Positions 24,956 to 36,077 of a stretch of 64,000 nt of DNA are shown here, in pieces. Position 1 is the stretch's first letter; every line of letters begins with the position of its first letter. The notes beneath the pieces were generated by a model. It worked only from the letters and a program-made list of their open reading frames with translations. It did not search any database and had not been told where the DNA came from. The position numbers and the translations under genes are program-made. The DNA is from Mayamaea pseudoterrestris (lineage: Eukaryota): positions 434,001 to 498,000 of the forward strand of contig BROI01000019.1 in the NCBI GenBank assembly GCA_027923505.1, read 5' to 3'.

Positions 24956-25273
24956 ATGCGTTGCTGCTGAAGCCGACGTTGAGCGCGAGAAGGCAAGAAA
25001 AGCACAAAAACCAAAAAAGCGTAATGCTCGCGGCACTTTTCATGAACCAGCGAATGACAAGGAAGCGCGCAAATCGATAGCTACGATTCGAGAGGGCTCG
25101 CGAGTTTCGGTCTGGTGGGACGGTGAGGCAGCCTTCTTTACGGGTACTATATCGCTTGTTCGAGAAGGCAAGCGGCCGTTTCTTCTCGACTACGACGATG
25201 GTGACAGGGAGTGGGTCGACTTAATGAGTGAAAGGTTTCGCGTTTTGGAAACTTGAATGCGTTGCTGCTGAAG
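24671..25273 (+). repeat. 301-bp tandem duplication of the last Tudor repeat and stop codon
   Basis: GCCGACGTTGAGCGCGAGAAGG at 24671 and 24972; copies differ at about 3 positions. Confidence 0.95.
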
Positions 25274-26286
25274 ATAGTGTCTACGACGCCGGCGCTAGCA
25301 AGGGGGATAAATTAACAGGGTGTGCAACGTCACAATTTCGGCCAACCCTATGTAGCGACCTTTTCATCACGGTTTGTTAAATACAAAACAGCTATCACTA
25401 TAGGGATTTGTACACTATTTTTCACGCGATGCCCGTGTTGTGCAAAATTCTACACATCGTCGTCCGTTTCTGCCGTAACCATCGCTGTTGTTCACGTACA
25501 TCGCAACTGCTCTTCCCTTCATCTAAAGCATGACAATGACTGCATGACGCATCCTCAACCTACACTATCAAAGTATATGACCTTGGGAAGTAAGCGTTTT
25601 GGTAGAAAGCTGCTTATTCTTGATCCCAGACGCTTCGTTGTGCCGTTGGGTGTCTGTCTTTCCCATGCCACGGGGAGAGAAACCAACAAGTTTAAACCTC
25701 ATTGAGACAACAGCTACATCATATATGAGCAAATAAGTCAAATCATGCATAATAGGCCATGTGAATGGCTGTTAGAGTGTGCATTTTACGTGGTTTGTCA
25801 AGGCGATTCTTCCACATGTGTGGGGTACGTTCCATGACGTCAAATCTAAATTCTGGCATATTATAACTTAACAATGATGTCCTCAGTAGAATAAATGACT
25901 GATTGCAAAGTTATAGATCAATCAAAGGTTTACAAAGGCTAATTTGAGTGGATACTTCTACGTTCTGTATCGCGGTGCCATCGAGGGCAGTGGCTCGACT
26001 TGTGTAGAATTTTGCAAAAGTCTTAGCGGTACAGCATTTCAATCCGGTACCCAATGGTCGCTACATAGTATTCAAGATCGTCAAACCCTAACAATTTGTA
26101 CAGTTAAATTTCATAGTAAATTTGTGGCGCCAACTTCGATGCACACCCTGTTATTTTATCCCCCTTGGGCGCTAGGGCGTGTGCAAAAGGCGAAAGCTCA
26201 ACAACGGTGTCTGCGGTTGACATCTACGACAATTAGTTCATGCAAGAACAATTTGACCAACATAAATACGTAGCTTCTTCGAAATA

Positions 26287-27303
26287 CTATTCGTCATCGT
26301 CAATCTCTTTGCCTTCTCGTCGCTGCTGCTCCCTCCACAAGGTTTCAATGTCTTGATCCTTTAGCGCCGCTTTGAGCTCCTCCAATTCCTGGTCGTTTGG
26401 CGCCCGATACTCGTCGTTGTGTGATTCGTCACTTGCACTAAATGCTGCTGCCGCCGCCGCTGCATCAAACGGTTGGTTTTGCTGCTGCATGTTTCGCGCC
26501 GCCTCCTGCAGCTGCTGCTCCTGTGGGCCAGATATCTCCGGCCGCGCCGGACTTCCATCCGGCAGTCGCCAGGTGCGAAAGCCCGGTTCGCCTTGCTCGT
26601 AGACTTCGCCCTGGAAACCAACCATGACGTTGGAAATGTTGTCAAACAATGCAGTATCTGTTTCGTCGCCACGATGCACTTGCTCCAGTTGTAAGTTTGG
26701 TCGATTGTACGCCACCTCCAGTTCCGAGTCACCCGGCGCGATCCAAAACTGCATTTCGTTTCTAGCTTGATACAAATCCATGGGCCGCAGATTCATGGCG
26801 TGCGTTTCAATCAAGTGCCACTGCCGCCGCATTGCGTCAACCGCCGATACATCCGAAACCCGCGCCACTTTTCCCACGAACCAGTAGACTTGCGACTCGT
26901 CGCGCGGATCGCGCGCGTAAACGTCGTGCAGTAAATCGGCATCGGCAAGCTCGCGCATCTGCTGGTAGTGGCGCTGCTGGCGCTGGCAGTGGCGGGCATT
27001 GTACTCCATGTCGGGTGGAACGAAATAGTTGGATGTAGTGGTGGTGCGCTGCGTATTGTCTGCGTCAAACGCATGTTCATTCTTTTTTTCCTCTTCTTCC
27101 TCGACTTGCTTCAAAATGGCGTCCCAGTCCTTGGCCATGAATAATGATGTTGATGATGCTTTAGAGCAAGCAGTCGATGGACGAGAGCATGCCGCATAGT
27201 TTGGCGGCGCTGCCACGTGAAACGCTTGCGCAGTTTCAATCCGTAGCATGGTGCACAGTAGCAATGTTAGTAACATTGACGAATGAGTGAAATGTCGCTT
27301 CAT
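26287..27303 (-). CDS. Hypothetical protein, probably plastid-targeted
   Basis: Long ORF; from ATG 27303 a signal peptide ending AQA-F followed by a Ser/Ala-rich transit-like stretch. Confidence 0.7.
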   Translation of the reverse strand: MKRHFTHSSMLLTLLLCTMLRIETAQAFHVAAPPNYAACSRPSTACSKASSTSLFMAKDWDAILKQVEEEEEKKNEHAFDADNTQRTTTTSNYFVPPDMEYNARHCQRQQRHYQQMRELADADLLHDVYARDPRDESQVYWFVGKVARVSDVSAVDAMRRQWHLIETHAMNLRPMDLYQARNEMQFWIAPGDSELEVAYNRPNLQLEQVHRGDETDTALFDNISNVMVGFQGEVYEQGEPGFRTWRLPDGSPARPEISGPQEQQLQEAARNMQQQNQPFDAAAAAAAFSASDESHNDEYRAPNDQELEELKAALKDQDIETLWREQQRREGKEIDDDE

Positions 27304-27686
27304 GATTGAAAAGCAGTGATTCTTTGAACGAAAATGTGATGTGAGATGGTTCGTTGTTATCTGGATCAAACGCAAGCTTTCAGTGTCCTTGTTTATCCAC
27401 TTTTTAACACACGCAACTTCGCAGTAGTTTTGGTTGTATCGAAACAAGTAATGCGGAGCAAGCCCCTTCTTGTTTGCTGTCAATGGAACGAGCGTCGGAC
27501 ACGAGTGGTCTAAGAAAGCAAGTCTGGAGCGTGTCGCAACGGTTTTAAAAGTTTTTGGTGTCGTTCCGGTATTAAAAGGCTTGACCGCGAATCCTTCCGT
27601 CGTCGCAGCGTTTTCGCGAGCCATCAATCATGATCATCTGCCACTTTCTCCTCGACTTTTTCCACCAACATCATTTTACTTCAAAG

Positions 27687-28739
27687 ATGACTCTTGCATC
27701 AAAACAGGAATCCATGTTGCGCCATTTACAGGTTCCAGAGAGCGAGACGGCAACATCAGTCCGCGCAGCATACCGCCAGCGCTTGCTGACCTTTACACCG
27801 GCGCTATATTTCGCGAAACCAATGTCGCTGTCACCAATCGTTTGCGCCCGCTACGGATGGACATGTCGTGACGTGGATTTGTTGGTCTGCGCCAACTGCA
27901 GCAACGCTTGCTCCGTCGTCTTTCCGGCTGTGTTATCGTTGGAGGCGGAAGCGAAACTGTGCCACTACTACGAAACGCAACTAGTGGAAGCGCATGACGA
28001 ATGTTGCACGTTTCGTAACGAAATGAAGGCTTATTTGCGAGAGCTGACAGCCGAACCGCCAAAACGAACGATTCCGTTGGCGTTTGCATGTATACTGCCC
28101 GTGCCGCAGCTGCAGCTGCTCGAGTCGCCGCATCCCAATCACGTGTTTCAAAAAATGTGCGACTCGTACGTCAACCATTTGCAGTCGCGCAGCCAAACAT
28201 TACCTGTCATAAAACTACCACCAAATGTGGACAACTTTCAGAATAACGACGAGTCGACGGCGGCAAATACGTTACTATCGCGCATCGAAGCTACGTTAGC
28301 CACGCCAGCCGATGAGTCGATTCCTGCAAGTGCCATGACGATTGCCATTGCTCTAGTTCTCTTTGGGTGGATGCCTGTGAATGATGAAGAAGATAGCGAC
28401 ACGACGAATGATGATGCATCGTTGATAGTTCGCACCGAGTGCTCCTTTTGCCTCTCGACCTTTTCCATACATGAACCTGATGTGAACGATGCAAACAACA
28501 ACAAACGACGCAAAACACTGTCACCATTTGACGCTCACTCGTACTATTGTCCCTACGTGTGTGGTTTTCAAAAGCAGCCGCCATTGTGGGAGTCGCTTGC
28601 GTCTAAACTGTTGACGGAGCCAGAAACGCCCAACGTGGAGACTGCCTATTTAAAGTCTCACGGCATTTTGCGAAGCGCGCTGTCCCCCAAGTTTCGACAA
28701 CCACTGCATGGGTCGAAAGACGACGGTAACGACGATTAA
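27687..28739 (+). CDS. C3HC zinc-finger protein (NIPA/ZC3HC1/Rsm1-like)
   Basis: RLLTF..YFAKP..LSPIVCARYGW..LVCANC..HDECC; C-terminal CSFC..HSYYCPY. Confidence 0.85.
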   Translation: MTLASKQESMLRHLQVPESETATSVRAAYRQRLLTFTPALYFAKPMSLSPIVCARYGWTCRDVDLLVCANCSNACSVVFPAVLSLEAEAKLCHYYETQLVEAHDECCTFRNEMKAYLRELTAEPPKRTIPLAFACILPVPQLQLLESPHPNHVFQKMCDSYVNHLQSRSQTLPVIKLPPNVDNFQNNDESTAANTLLSRIEATLATPADESIPASAMTIAIALVLFGWMPVNDEEDSDTTNDDASLIVRTECSFCLSTFSIHEPDVNDANNNKRRKTLSPFDAHSYYCPYVCGFQKQPPLWESLASKLLTEPETPNVETAYLKSHGILRSALSPKFRQPLHGSKDDGNDD

Positions 28740-28812
28740 CGCCAAAAATCTTATTAATCATCTAGTGGGCTGTAAAGCGACCGTAATTTCTCATCACTGC
28801 ATGCCGCCTCTT

Positions 28813-30132
28813 TCATTTTCCTCGCCACTTCGCTTGCAGCGCCTCGTTGATCGTGTACGAAAACGCCAACGCCAGCGCTACACCGGCAAGCTCCGCCACC
28901 ATGTTGCGCATGCTCGTCCACACTTGCTCCCGATGTAAACGCCGTTTCGTTTGCTCCAGTCGCGACTGCGCCTCCAATATTGCTTTAGCAGCAGCGCCGT
29001 CATTCGCCTGGTAGTGCCACGAAATGTAATCAAAGTGAGCCTGCACCACGACATCGACCAGTTGCGATTCCAAAACGTCAGAGTCGTCGGATGTAGTTGG
29101 TTTGACTAATTCCACCATGTTCCACGTACTCGCATCTGTTGGATTCTGTTGGCGAAAATTGTGTGGCTGCAAGATATAAACCTTGTCGTGTCGACTCTGC
29201 AGTAAATTGCCAACGACCAAGTGGCAGCCGTAGTTGGTGACGGCACGTTCGGAATTGTTTCGTAACACTTGCGCATCCGTTTCCAGTTTGAAGCTCGTCA
29301 CAAAGGCCTCCGGCGCCCACGTGCGACGCAGCGTGCCAATCATTTTGGGGACTTGCGTCAAGTGCAGCGTATAACTATCGCTTGCATGAATCTTGTGCTC
29401 GGATCGCTCGCTGCGTGGCACGTAAAAGTCGGACACGGCGGCGGCTAGAAAGAACGTTGCGAGCGAGCGACACTGATCAAGTGACGTGGCCGCCAGCTCC
29501 AGGTAGCCCAAGTATTCTTCGACCGTCCGAAAGGAAATTGTGAGTAGGCGATGCTCACGAACCGCCGTGGCTCGTTCCGTGAGCGCCTTTAGTAGCTTGG
29601 GACTGTGCTGAATTTGTCGACGAAGAACATTGTTGTCATGTGACACGCGATTGTTGCTATTGCCATCATTATCATTCGTCACTGGATTTGACAAGAATTT
29701 ATCCTGCTCCAAGACTGTATTCACGTACTCCTCCTCCTGACCCAGCGTCGCATTCGCAAAGAGTTGCTCCAAAGAGTCAATGTTGAGCGCATGATTCGCA
29801 ACTTGAACGCCCAGCAGTTGCGTCAACACGCGCGCATACGGACTCGCACTGCCGCTCCGCCAGAGATGAATCACCGCGTATCCACGCTCCAAAAATTGCT
29901 CGACGCATATTGCGCCGCGATGTCCCGTGCTGAAATTGTCCAAGCAGCGCACAACGTGCAACTCCAAGTCGCAGCTTGTGCCGCCGGATGACACCAAGAC
30001 CATGGGGCGATGGCTAGTGGCGTGGTGAAGAACAAAGCGATCTATCGAATCTTTTATGTCATTGACTTGATTGGTTGGTAATTCCGACAAGAAGCTTTTC
30101 GTCTCCTCATTGCATTCTGATGTAGATGTCAT
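28813..30132 (-). CDS. PPCS: Phosphopantothenate--cysteine ligase (eukaryotic CoaB)
   Basis: VLVSSGGT..VRCLDNFSTGHRGA, FFLAAAVSDFYVP..EHKI, VTSFKLETD. Confidence 0.93.
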   Translation of the reverse strand: MTSTSECNEETKSFLSELPTNQVNDIKDSIDRFVLHHATSHRPMVLVSSGGTSCDLELHVVRCLDNFSTGHRGAICVEQFLERGYAVIHLWRSGSASPYARVLTQLLGVQVANHALNIDSLEQLFANATLGQEEEYVNTVLEQDKFLSNPVTNDNDGNSNNRVSHDNNVLRRQIQHSPKLLKALTERATAVREHRLLTISFRTVEEYLGYLELAATSLDQCRSLATFFLAAAVSDFYVPRSERSEHKIHASDSYTLHLTQVPKMIGTLRRTWAPEAFVTSFKLETDAQVLRNNSERAVTNYGCHLVVGNLLQSRHDKVYILQPHNFRQQNPTDASTWNMVELVKPTTSDDSDVLESQLVDVVVQAHFDYISWHYQANDGAAAKAILEAQSRLEQTKRRLHREQVWTSMRNMVAELAGVALALAFSYTINEALQAKWRGK

Positions 30133-30355
30133 GTTCTCTGTGATGTATACGGTAGGGAGTAGGGAGAAACGTTTTGTGGATCCTCGTATTTCGAGCGACG
30201 GCGCGCCACTTTCTAGAACCGGTGCGACGTTAATGAAACTCCTACCGGTACTGCCCGTCTGGCCGTCACATCGTCCAACAAGGATCCCACCATGAGATCA
30301 CCGCTCACATCCTTTCGCGCCGCCATCACACTCTACAGCAGCAATAAGACATATC

Positions 30356-33300
30356 ATGTCGGACGACGACAACAACGACTTGTACGACGAGTTTGGCAAC
30401 TACATTGGTCCCGACTTGGATAGTAGTAGCGATGAAAATTCATTGGCGGAGGCTGCTCCGGACGATGCGTCGGACGTTTCCGATGACAACAACAATATGG
30501 TGATGACTGCTGCGTCAATAGACAATGAACATACTACAACAACTCCCATGCAAGCCATTGTGTTGCACGAGGACAAGGAGCACTACGCTTCGGCCGATGT
30601 AGTCTTTGGCCAAGACGTTACGACTGCCGTCTTGGACGAGGATGCCATGGACATTGCCACGCCCATTCTGGAGCCGTTCGACGCGACGAAACACAACAAA
30701 CTCTACGTCAAGAGTAGTCATGGTGATACAAATTCACTATACTCGAGCAGCGACTACTTGGGAGTGCACTTGCGCAACGAGTCGACACTGACGCGTCGCG
30801 GCGTGGCGGTTTTGGGGCACTTGCACCACGGCAAGACGACCCTCATGGATTTGCTGCTGCTGGAAAATGAAAGCAAGAATGACAATAATACAAAGTCTAG
30901 CAACAATAGTGACAGCAATACTTGTCGCTACACGGACACGCTCTTATCCGAGCAGGACCGTCAAATGAGTCTAAAGTGCACGCCCGTGACGTTTTTGTCG
31001 CCCGACTTGCGCGGCAAATCCTACTGTTTGACGGCCTTGGACTGCCCCGGCCATACGAATTTTCACGACGAGTCGGTGGCGGCGCTGCAGTTGGTGGATG
31101 GTGCCGTGATAGTGGTGGATGTCGTCGAAGGAGTCATGCTGCACACGGAGCTCTTGTTGAAACAAGTCGTGCTGCAGCAAGGGTTACCAATCATGCTCGT
31201 CTTGACGAAAATGGATCGACTCTTTGTGGAGCTCAAAATGCCGCCCCGCGACGCCTACTACAAGTTGTTGAATGTCATTGAATCAGTGAACCAGCTCGTG
31301 CAGCAATGTTCCAGTGGCCGATATCCCATCATTTCGCCAATTAACAATAATGTGGCCTTTTGCAGCGCCAAGCATCATTGGTTGTTCACACTGGAAAGCT
31401 TTGCGCACGTTTATTTGGAGCAACAGATACATGATGGTGGTGCACTGGGTGACAATTTGTCAACCACGGATTTCGCCCAGCGATTATGGGGCGACTCGTA
31501 CTACTGTCCCATTTCGCGGCAATTCTTCAAACGCGCCCGCGACTGCAAAAGTGCGAATGTTGATGAGCGAACCTTTGTGTCGTTTATATTGAACCCACTC
31601 TACAAGATTTACGCGGCATGCTTGGGTGAATTAGAACCGGACGTGGATGTGACGCTGCGCTCCGTCGGCGTGTACTTGCGCAAACATCAATTGCGCGCCA
31701 GTCCGGAGCCGCTGCTGCAGGCGGCCATGTCCAAGTTTATGCAAACGGCCAATCGCGGACTCGTCGACATGATTGTCAGGTGTGTGCCGTGTCCGGCGGC
31801 GGCCGCCAAGGCAAAAGTGGCGCGGTGCTACACTGGTGCGCTCGACTCGGACGTGGCCAAGGCCATGATGGAGTGCGACCCGCGTGGACCGCTGGTGGTG
31901 CACTGCACCAAGCTGTATCCGACGCCGGATGGGCAGTCCTTTGTCGCGCTGGGGCGCATATACTCGGGAACGGTGCGAGCGCAAGTGCCGGTCAAAGTCT
32001 TGGGCGAAGGCTACTCGCCGCGTGACACGGAGGATGCGACCATGGCAACGGTGGAAGGTGTGTCCGTGCCGGGTGGTCGCGTCTCCAGCAAGGTGTCGAT
32101 GCTAGCGGCTGGTAACTGGGTGTTGCTGCATGGAGTTGATGCAGGTATTACAAAGACGTGCACCATTGTCGGTGATAGTTTGTTGAAGGATGATGCGCAA
32201 GAGATGCACATTTTTGCGCCTCTGCGGTTTCCGCACGTTGGCAACGAGTCGATTTGCAAGCTGGCCATTGAGCCGCTGCATCCAGCGGAGCTTCCCAAAA
32301 TGGTGGAAGGCTTGCGTCGCATCTCCAAATCTTATCCTATGGCGACAACCAAGGTGGAGGAGAGCGGAGAGCATGTATTGCTCGGGACTGGCGAACTGTA
32401 CTTGGACTGCATTATGCATGATTTGCGCAACGTTTACTCGGACATTGAAATCAAGGTGGCGGATCCCATAGTGTCCTTTCGTGAAACAGCGGTGGAAACT
32501 AGCAGCATCAAGTGTTTTGCCGAAACGACAAACAAGCGAAACAAGCTGACCTTTATTTCCGAGCCATTGGATGATGGTTTGGCAGAATTGCTGGAAGCTG
32601 GAAAAGTTAACCCGAACTGGGAGAAGAAGAAGCTTGGGCGATTTTTCCAGACGCAATACAATTGGGATTTATTGTCCTCGCGATCGGTCTGGGCGTTTGG
32701 CGACTCGCCAAGGTATGGAACCAATCTACTGATGGACGATACGCTTCCCGGAGAAGTTGACAAGCAGTTGCTAAACTCTTGCAAGTCTAGCATTGTTCAA
32801 GGCTTTCAGTGGGCGACGCGCGAAGGTCCGCTCTGCGAGGAGCCGGTGCGTGGCACCAAGATTAAGATTTTGGATGCCACCTTGGCAGACAAACCCATGT
32901 ACCGTGGGGGCGGTCAAATCATTCCAACCACGCGGCGCGTCGTGCATTCATCCATTTTGACGGCAACGCCACGTTTGATGGAACCCGTGTATCGGCTTCA
33001 GATTCAGTGTCCTGGATCGATTGTTGATTCGATCCAGCCGCTATTGCACCGTCGACGAGGGCACATTGTGCAAGACAGACCGATATCTGGATCCACATTC
33101 TACGACGTGAAAGGTTTCCTGCCTGTTCTCGACAGCTATGGGTTTGAGACAGATCTTCGGACTTTTACCCAAGGCCAAGCAATGGTTTATTCTGTATTTG
33201 ATCACTGGGCAGTGGTCCCTGGCGATCCATTGGATCGAAGCATCTTGTTGCATCCATTGGAACCAAGTCCACAGCAGCATTTGGCGAGAGAGTTGCTGCT

Positions 33301-33421
33301 AAAGACGCGTCGCCGCAAGGGACTGTCGGAGGATGTCACCATGAGCAAGTTTTTCGACGATGAGCGCATGAAGATGCAGCTGAGCCGTGAGGCTGATGCA
33401 TCGTCGGACCTGTTGCAGTGA
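30356..33421 (+). CDS. EFTUD2: U5 snRNP 116 kDa GTPase (Snu114)
   Basis: LYDEFGNYIGP, IVLHEDK, GHLHHGKT, DCPGHTNF, GFQWATREGPLCEEP, KTRRRKGLSEDV; intronless. Confidence 0.98.
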   Translation: MSDDDNNDLYDEFGNYIGPDLDSSSDENSLAEAAPDDASDVSDDNNNMVMTAASIDNEHTTTTPMQAIVLHEDKEHYASADVVFGQDVTTAVLDEDAMDIATPILEPFDATKHNKLYVKSSHGDTNSLYSSSDYLGVHLRNESTLTRRGVAVLGHLHHGKTTLMDLLLLENESKNDNNTKSSNNSDSNTCRYTDTLLSEQDRQMSLKCTPVTFLSPDLRGKSYCLTALDCPGHTNFHDESVAALQLVDGAVIVVDVVEGVMLHTELLLKQVVLQQGLPIMLVLTKMDRLFVELKMPPRDAYYKLLNVIESVNQLVQQCSSGRYPIISPINNNVAFCSAKHHWLFTLESFAHVYLEQQIHDGGALGDNLSTTDFAQRLWGDSYYCPISRQFFKRARDCKSANVDERTFVSFILNPLYKIYAACLGELEPDVDVTLRSVGVYLRKHQLRASPEPLLQAAMSKFMQTANRGLVDMIVRCVPCPAAAAKAKVARCYTGALDSDVAKAMMECDPRGPLVVHCTKLYPTPDGQSFVALGRIYSGTVRAQVPVKVLGEGYSPRDTEDATMATVEGVSVPGGRVSSKVSMLAAGNWVLLHGVDAGITKTCTIVGDSLLKDDAQEMHIFAPLRFPHVGNESICKLAIEPLHPAELPKMVEGLRRISKSYPMATTKVEESGEHVLLGTGELYLDCIMHDLRNVYSDIEIKVADPIVSFRETAVETSSIKCFAETTNKRNKLTFISEPLDDGLAELLEAGKVNPNWEKKKLGRFFQTQYNWDLLSSRSVWAFGDSPRYGTNLLMDDTLPGEVDKQLLNSCKSSIVQGFQWATREGPLCEEPVRGTKIKILDATLADKPMYRGGGQIIPTTRRVVHSSILTATPRLMEPVYRLQIQCPGSIVDSIQPLLHRRRGHIVQDRPISGSTFYDVKGFLPVLDSYGFETDLRTFTQGQAMVYSVFDHWAVVPGDPLDRSILLHPLEPSPQQHLARELLLKTRRRKGLSEDVTMSKFFDDERMKMQLSREADASSDLLQ

Positions 33422-33632
33422 TTGGGTGATGTTACATGCTTTCACTACAGGATCAGTTCGTTAAAATTGTTGAAAGCTACACCAGAACATAGTTTGCTAA
33501 TATGTTCCGTAGTTTAATGGTCCGTCCGACCCATCATTGGGTGGAGGAAGAGGGGAAGCGCGTACGTACCCATAGGAGACACAATATGCAAAATTAACTG
33601 TAATTGCTTATGCAATATTGACTTTTTACATA

Positions 33633-36077
33633 CTACATGATTATGCACACGACTCCCGGTGGGCAGCCAAGCGCTCCAGCAAGTCCACTGGCCTTCCCCG
33701 CGTCTTGACGAGCCTGGGCAGCCGAAGCGTCGGTATCGCCGTCGTCCGGCGCGTAACCAAGCTTGACCACTTCCACAAGCTTTTGCGGAGTCGTCGATTC
33801 GCGAAACAGATATTCGTCCGAAAGCTTGGTTGCGTACTTGCTTTCCAGTAATCCTTTGAATTGGGAAATCGTCAAACTGTCAAGCATGCATACTAGGCTT
33901 GTGTTCTTGTCGATTGATTCCGCTGGAACATCAGCCATTTTTGACAAGTCAGTCGTCAGTCTCGCGAGAAGTTCCGATTTGCTCAGCTGTCGGATTGTCA
34001 TCGCATCCTCTCTTTTTCCTTGTTGCTCACTATCACCCGAAACTGGCGTTCCCTCTGTTTCAAACGCAGTAGACGATGCAGATTTGAACGATTGTCGATA
34101 TACAACCTTGAGCGTGTTTCCCAAAAACGCCTTTCTGCACCACGCGCGAGCAATCTTTCCGCTGCTCGTCTTTGGAATGGTCCTTGGTTGCAAAAAGACA
34201 ATCTCGGCAAGCCCCAGGGAGTGCTCCTGGTTCACAGCGGCACGAATGTCCGTCGCTAATTTCCGCCACGTCTCGTCGTTACCACTTTTAGCGTCCTTCA
34301 ACTCCAAGACGAGTGCCACTTGCTCGCCGCCCTCGTGCAAGGTATTAATGGTAAAGGCTGCCGCGCAGCCGGGTCGCACGAAATCTGAAAACGACGCTTC
34401 CGCCGTCGCTTCAATGTCCTGCGGGTAGTAGTTGCGTCCGCCAATGATAATGAGATCCTTTCGTCGGCCACAAATAAAGAGCTCATGGTTGTGAATAAAT
34501 CCCAAATCGCCAGTGCGCAAAAAGTCTTGACTATTGTCATTGTCATTGTCTTCGCCAGTGTCATGCACAAGCTTGGCGTGAAAGTCGTGGAGCGTCTCCT
34601 CCGGCATGCCGTAGTATCCAGCCGCCTTGCTGGGCGAGTCGACCCACACTTCTCCCACTTGATCGCATGGCAATTCCTGCAACGACTCGGGGTCGACAAT
34701 TTTGACCGTCACGTCATGCTTGGAGGGGTAGCCGCAGCCGACCAGTTTGGTAACGTGACGAGTCGCCGTGTCGTCATTGTCATCATCAGTTGCACCATTA
34801 GTTTGAGTTGTTGCTGCTGCATCATTATCATTCACAATGACTACTCTACCACTCGTTTCCAAAACTTCCTTGTCGACGTTTAGCCGCTGTGTTCCACCCC
34901 CACACACAAAGACGGTATGCTCGGCGAGCCCGTAGGTGGGCACAATCACGTTTGACTTCAAGCCGTAGGGCGCAAAGGTATTTTCAAAGGTTTGCATGCC
35001 TGCTTCGTCAATGGGTTCGGCCGCGTTGATGATGTGACGCACCGAATCTAGCGAAAGCAAAAACTGTTGCTGCTGCTGCGACTTGTCATTGCTGTCATTA
35101 TTGTCACTACTCTTACAACAATAATCACTTTTACGAAACTTTCTTGCCGTGAGTGCAAACGCAAAATTGGGCGCCTGAAGATGCGTCGCCTGATATACGC
35201 TCACCATTTCGAGCCACATCATGGGGCGTTGCACGTACGACAGTGGCGAGGTGTAGTAGCCCGTTCCCCCGCACCATAAACAACCAAGGTAGCTGCCAAT
35301 TAGACCCATGTCGTGGTACTGCGGCAACCAACTGGCGACAATGGTGTTGCATGTGGCGTTTAGTTCGGCCGTGATGATGGACAAATTGTGCGACAAGTTG
35401 GAATGCGTCACGCGCACGCCCTTTGGGTCGCTCGTCGAGCCGCTCGTGTACTGCAAAAAGGCCACGTCGGATGGAGTTATGGTGGGTAGTACTTGTTGTT
35501 TTGTAGTAGCTGATGATTGCTTGTGACTATTGACAATGGCGTCCGTGACCATCCACTCCAAGTCGTCGGGCCATGCTGCTGTAGCTGCATCATCATCACT
35601 TGCTGCATCATGTTTCTGCTTCTTCTTTCGCAATTGAAACACGCTGCGAATGTTCGCCAGTTTCGTTTGGTAGTTGTACTCGTGATTCGTCAGCGCCACG
35701 TTGGCGCCACATTGTCTGCAAATTTTACGAAACATGGTTAACGTTTCGCGCCTCGTGGGATGCGGCGGAAAGACGGGCACCGCCACGAGTCCAGCCTGGA
35801 GGCAGGCAATGAACGCGACCATGAAATCCAACGACGGCGGATAGACCAGCACGACGCGGTCGTTTCTTTGTAGTTGCTTTGATTGCAGCAAGTGACGCGC
35901 CAGTGTCGTTGTGCGTTCGTGGAGTTCCCCATAAGTCAAGGAAGTTTGCAGATTGCCACCGTTTGGTCCGGGAGCGATCCAAGCGACGGCGCGCTTGTTT
36001 GCAAAGTTGACGGCATGATGAGAGAGACGGTCGAGCAAGAGATCGGGCTTGTCGTCGTGTTCTTGGTTGTCTTGCAT
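33633..36077 (-). CDS. Fatty acyl-AMP ligase (FAAL) fused to an acyl-carrier domain, C-terminal CaaX box
   Basis: AFLQYTSGSTSDPKGV, SWLPQYHDMGLIG, PTYGLAEHT, FAAL-type insertion VDKEVLETSGRV, FLRTGDLGF, IPKTSSGKI; ACP-like LDSL; ends CIIM. Confidence 0.9.
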   Translation of the reverse strand: MQDNQEHDDKPDLLLDRLSHHAVNFANKRAVAWIAPGPNGGNLQTSLTYGELHERTTTLARHLLQSKQLQRNDRVVLVYPPSLDFMVAFIACLQAGLVAVPVFPPHPTRRETLTMFRKICRQCGANVALTNHEYNYQTKLANIRSVFQLRKKKQKHDAASDDDAATAAWPDDLEWMVTDAIVNSHKQSSATTKQQVLPTITPSDVAFLQYTSGSTSDPKGVRVTHSNLSHNLSIITAELNATCNTIVASWLPQYHDMGLIGSYLGCLWCGGTGYYTSPLSYVQRPMMWLEMVSVYQATHLQAPNFAFALTARKFRKSDYCCKSSDNNDSNDKSQQQQQFLLSLDSVRHIINAAEPIDEAGMQTFENTFAPYGLKSNVIVPTYGLAEHTVFVCGGGTQRLNVDKEVLETSGRVVIVNDNDAAATTQTNGATDDDNDDTATRHVTKLVGCGYPSKHDVTVKIVDPESLQELPCDQVGEVWVDSPSKAAGYYGMPEETLHDFHAKLVHDTGEDNDNDNSQDFLRTGDLGFIHNHELFICGRRKDLIIIGGRNYYPQDIEATAEASFSDFVRPGCAAAFTINTLHEGGEQVALVLELKDAKSGNDETWRKLATDIRAAVNQEHSLGLAEIVFLQPRTIPKTSSGKIARAWCRKAFLGNTLKVVYRQSFKSASSTAFETEGTPVSGDSEQQGKREDAMTIRQLSKSELLARLTTDLSKMADVPAESIDKNTSLVCMLDSLTISQFKGLLESKYATKLSDEYLFRESTTPQKLVEVVKLGYAPDDGDTDASAAQARQDAGKASGLAGALGCPPGVVCIIM

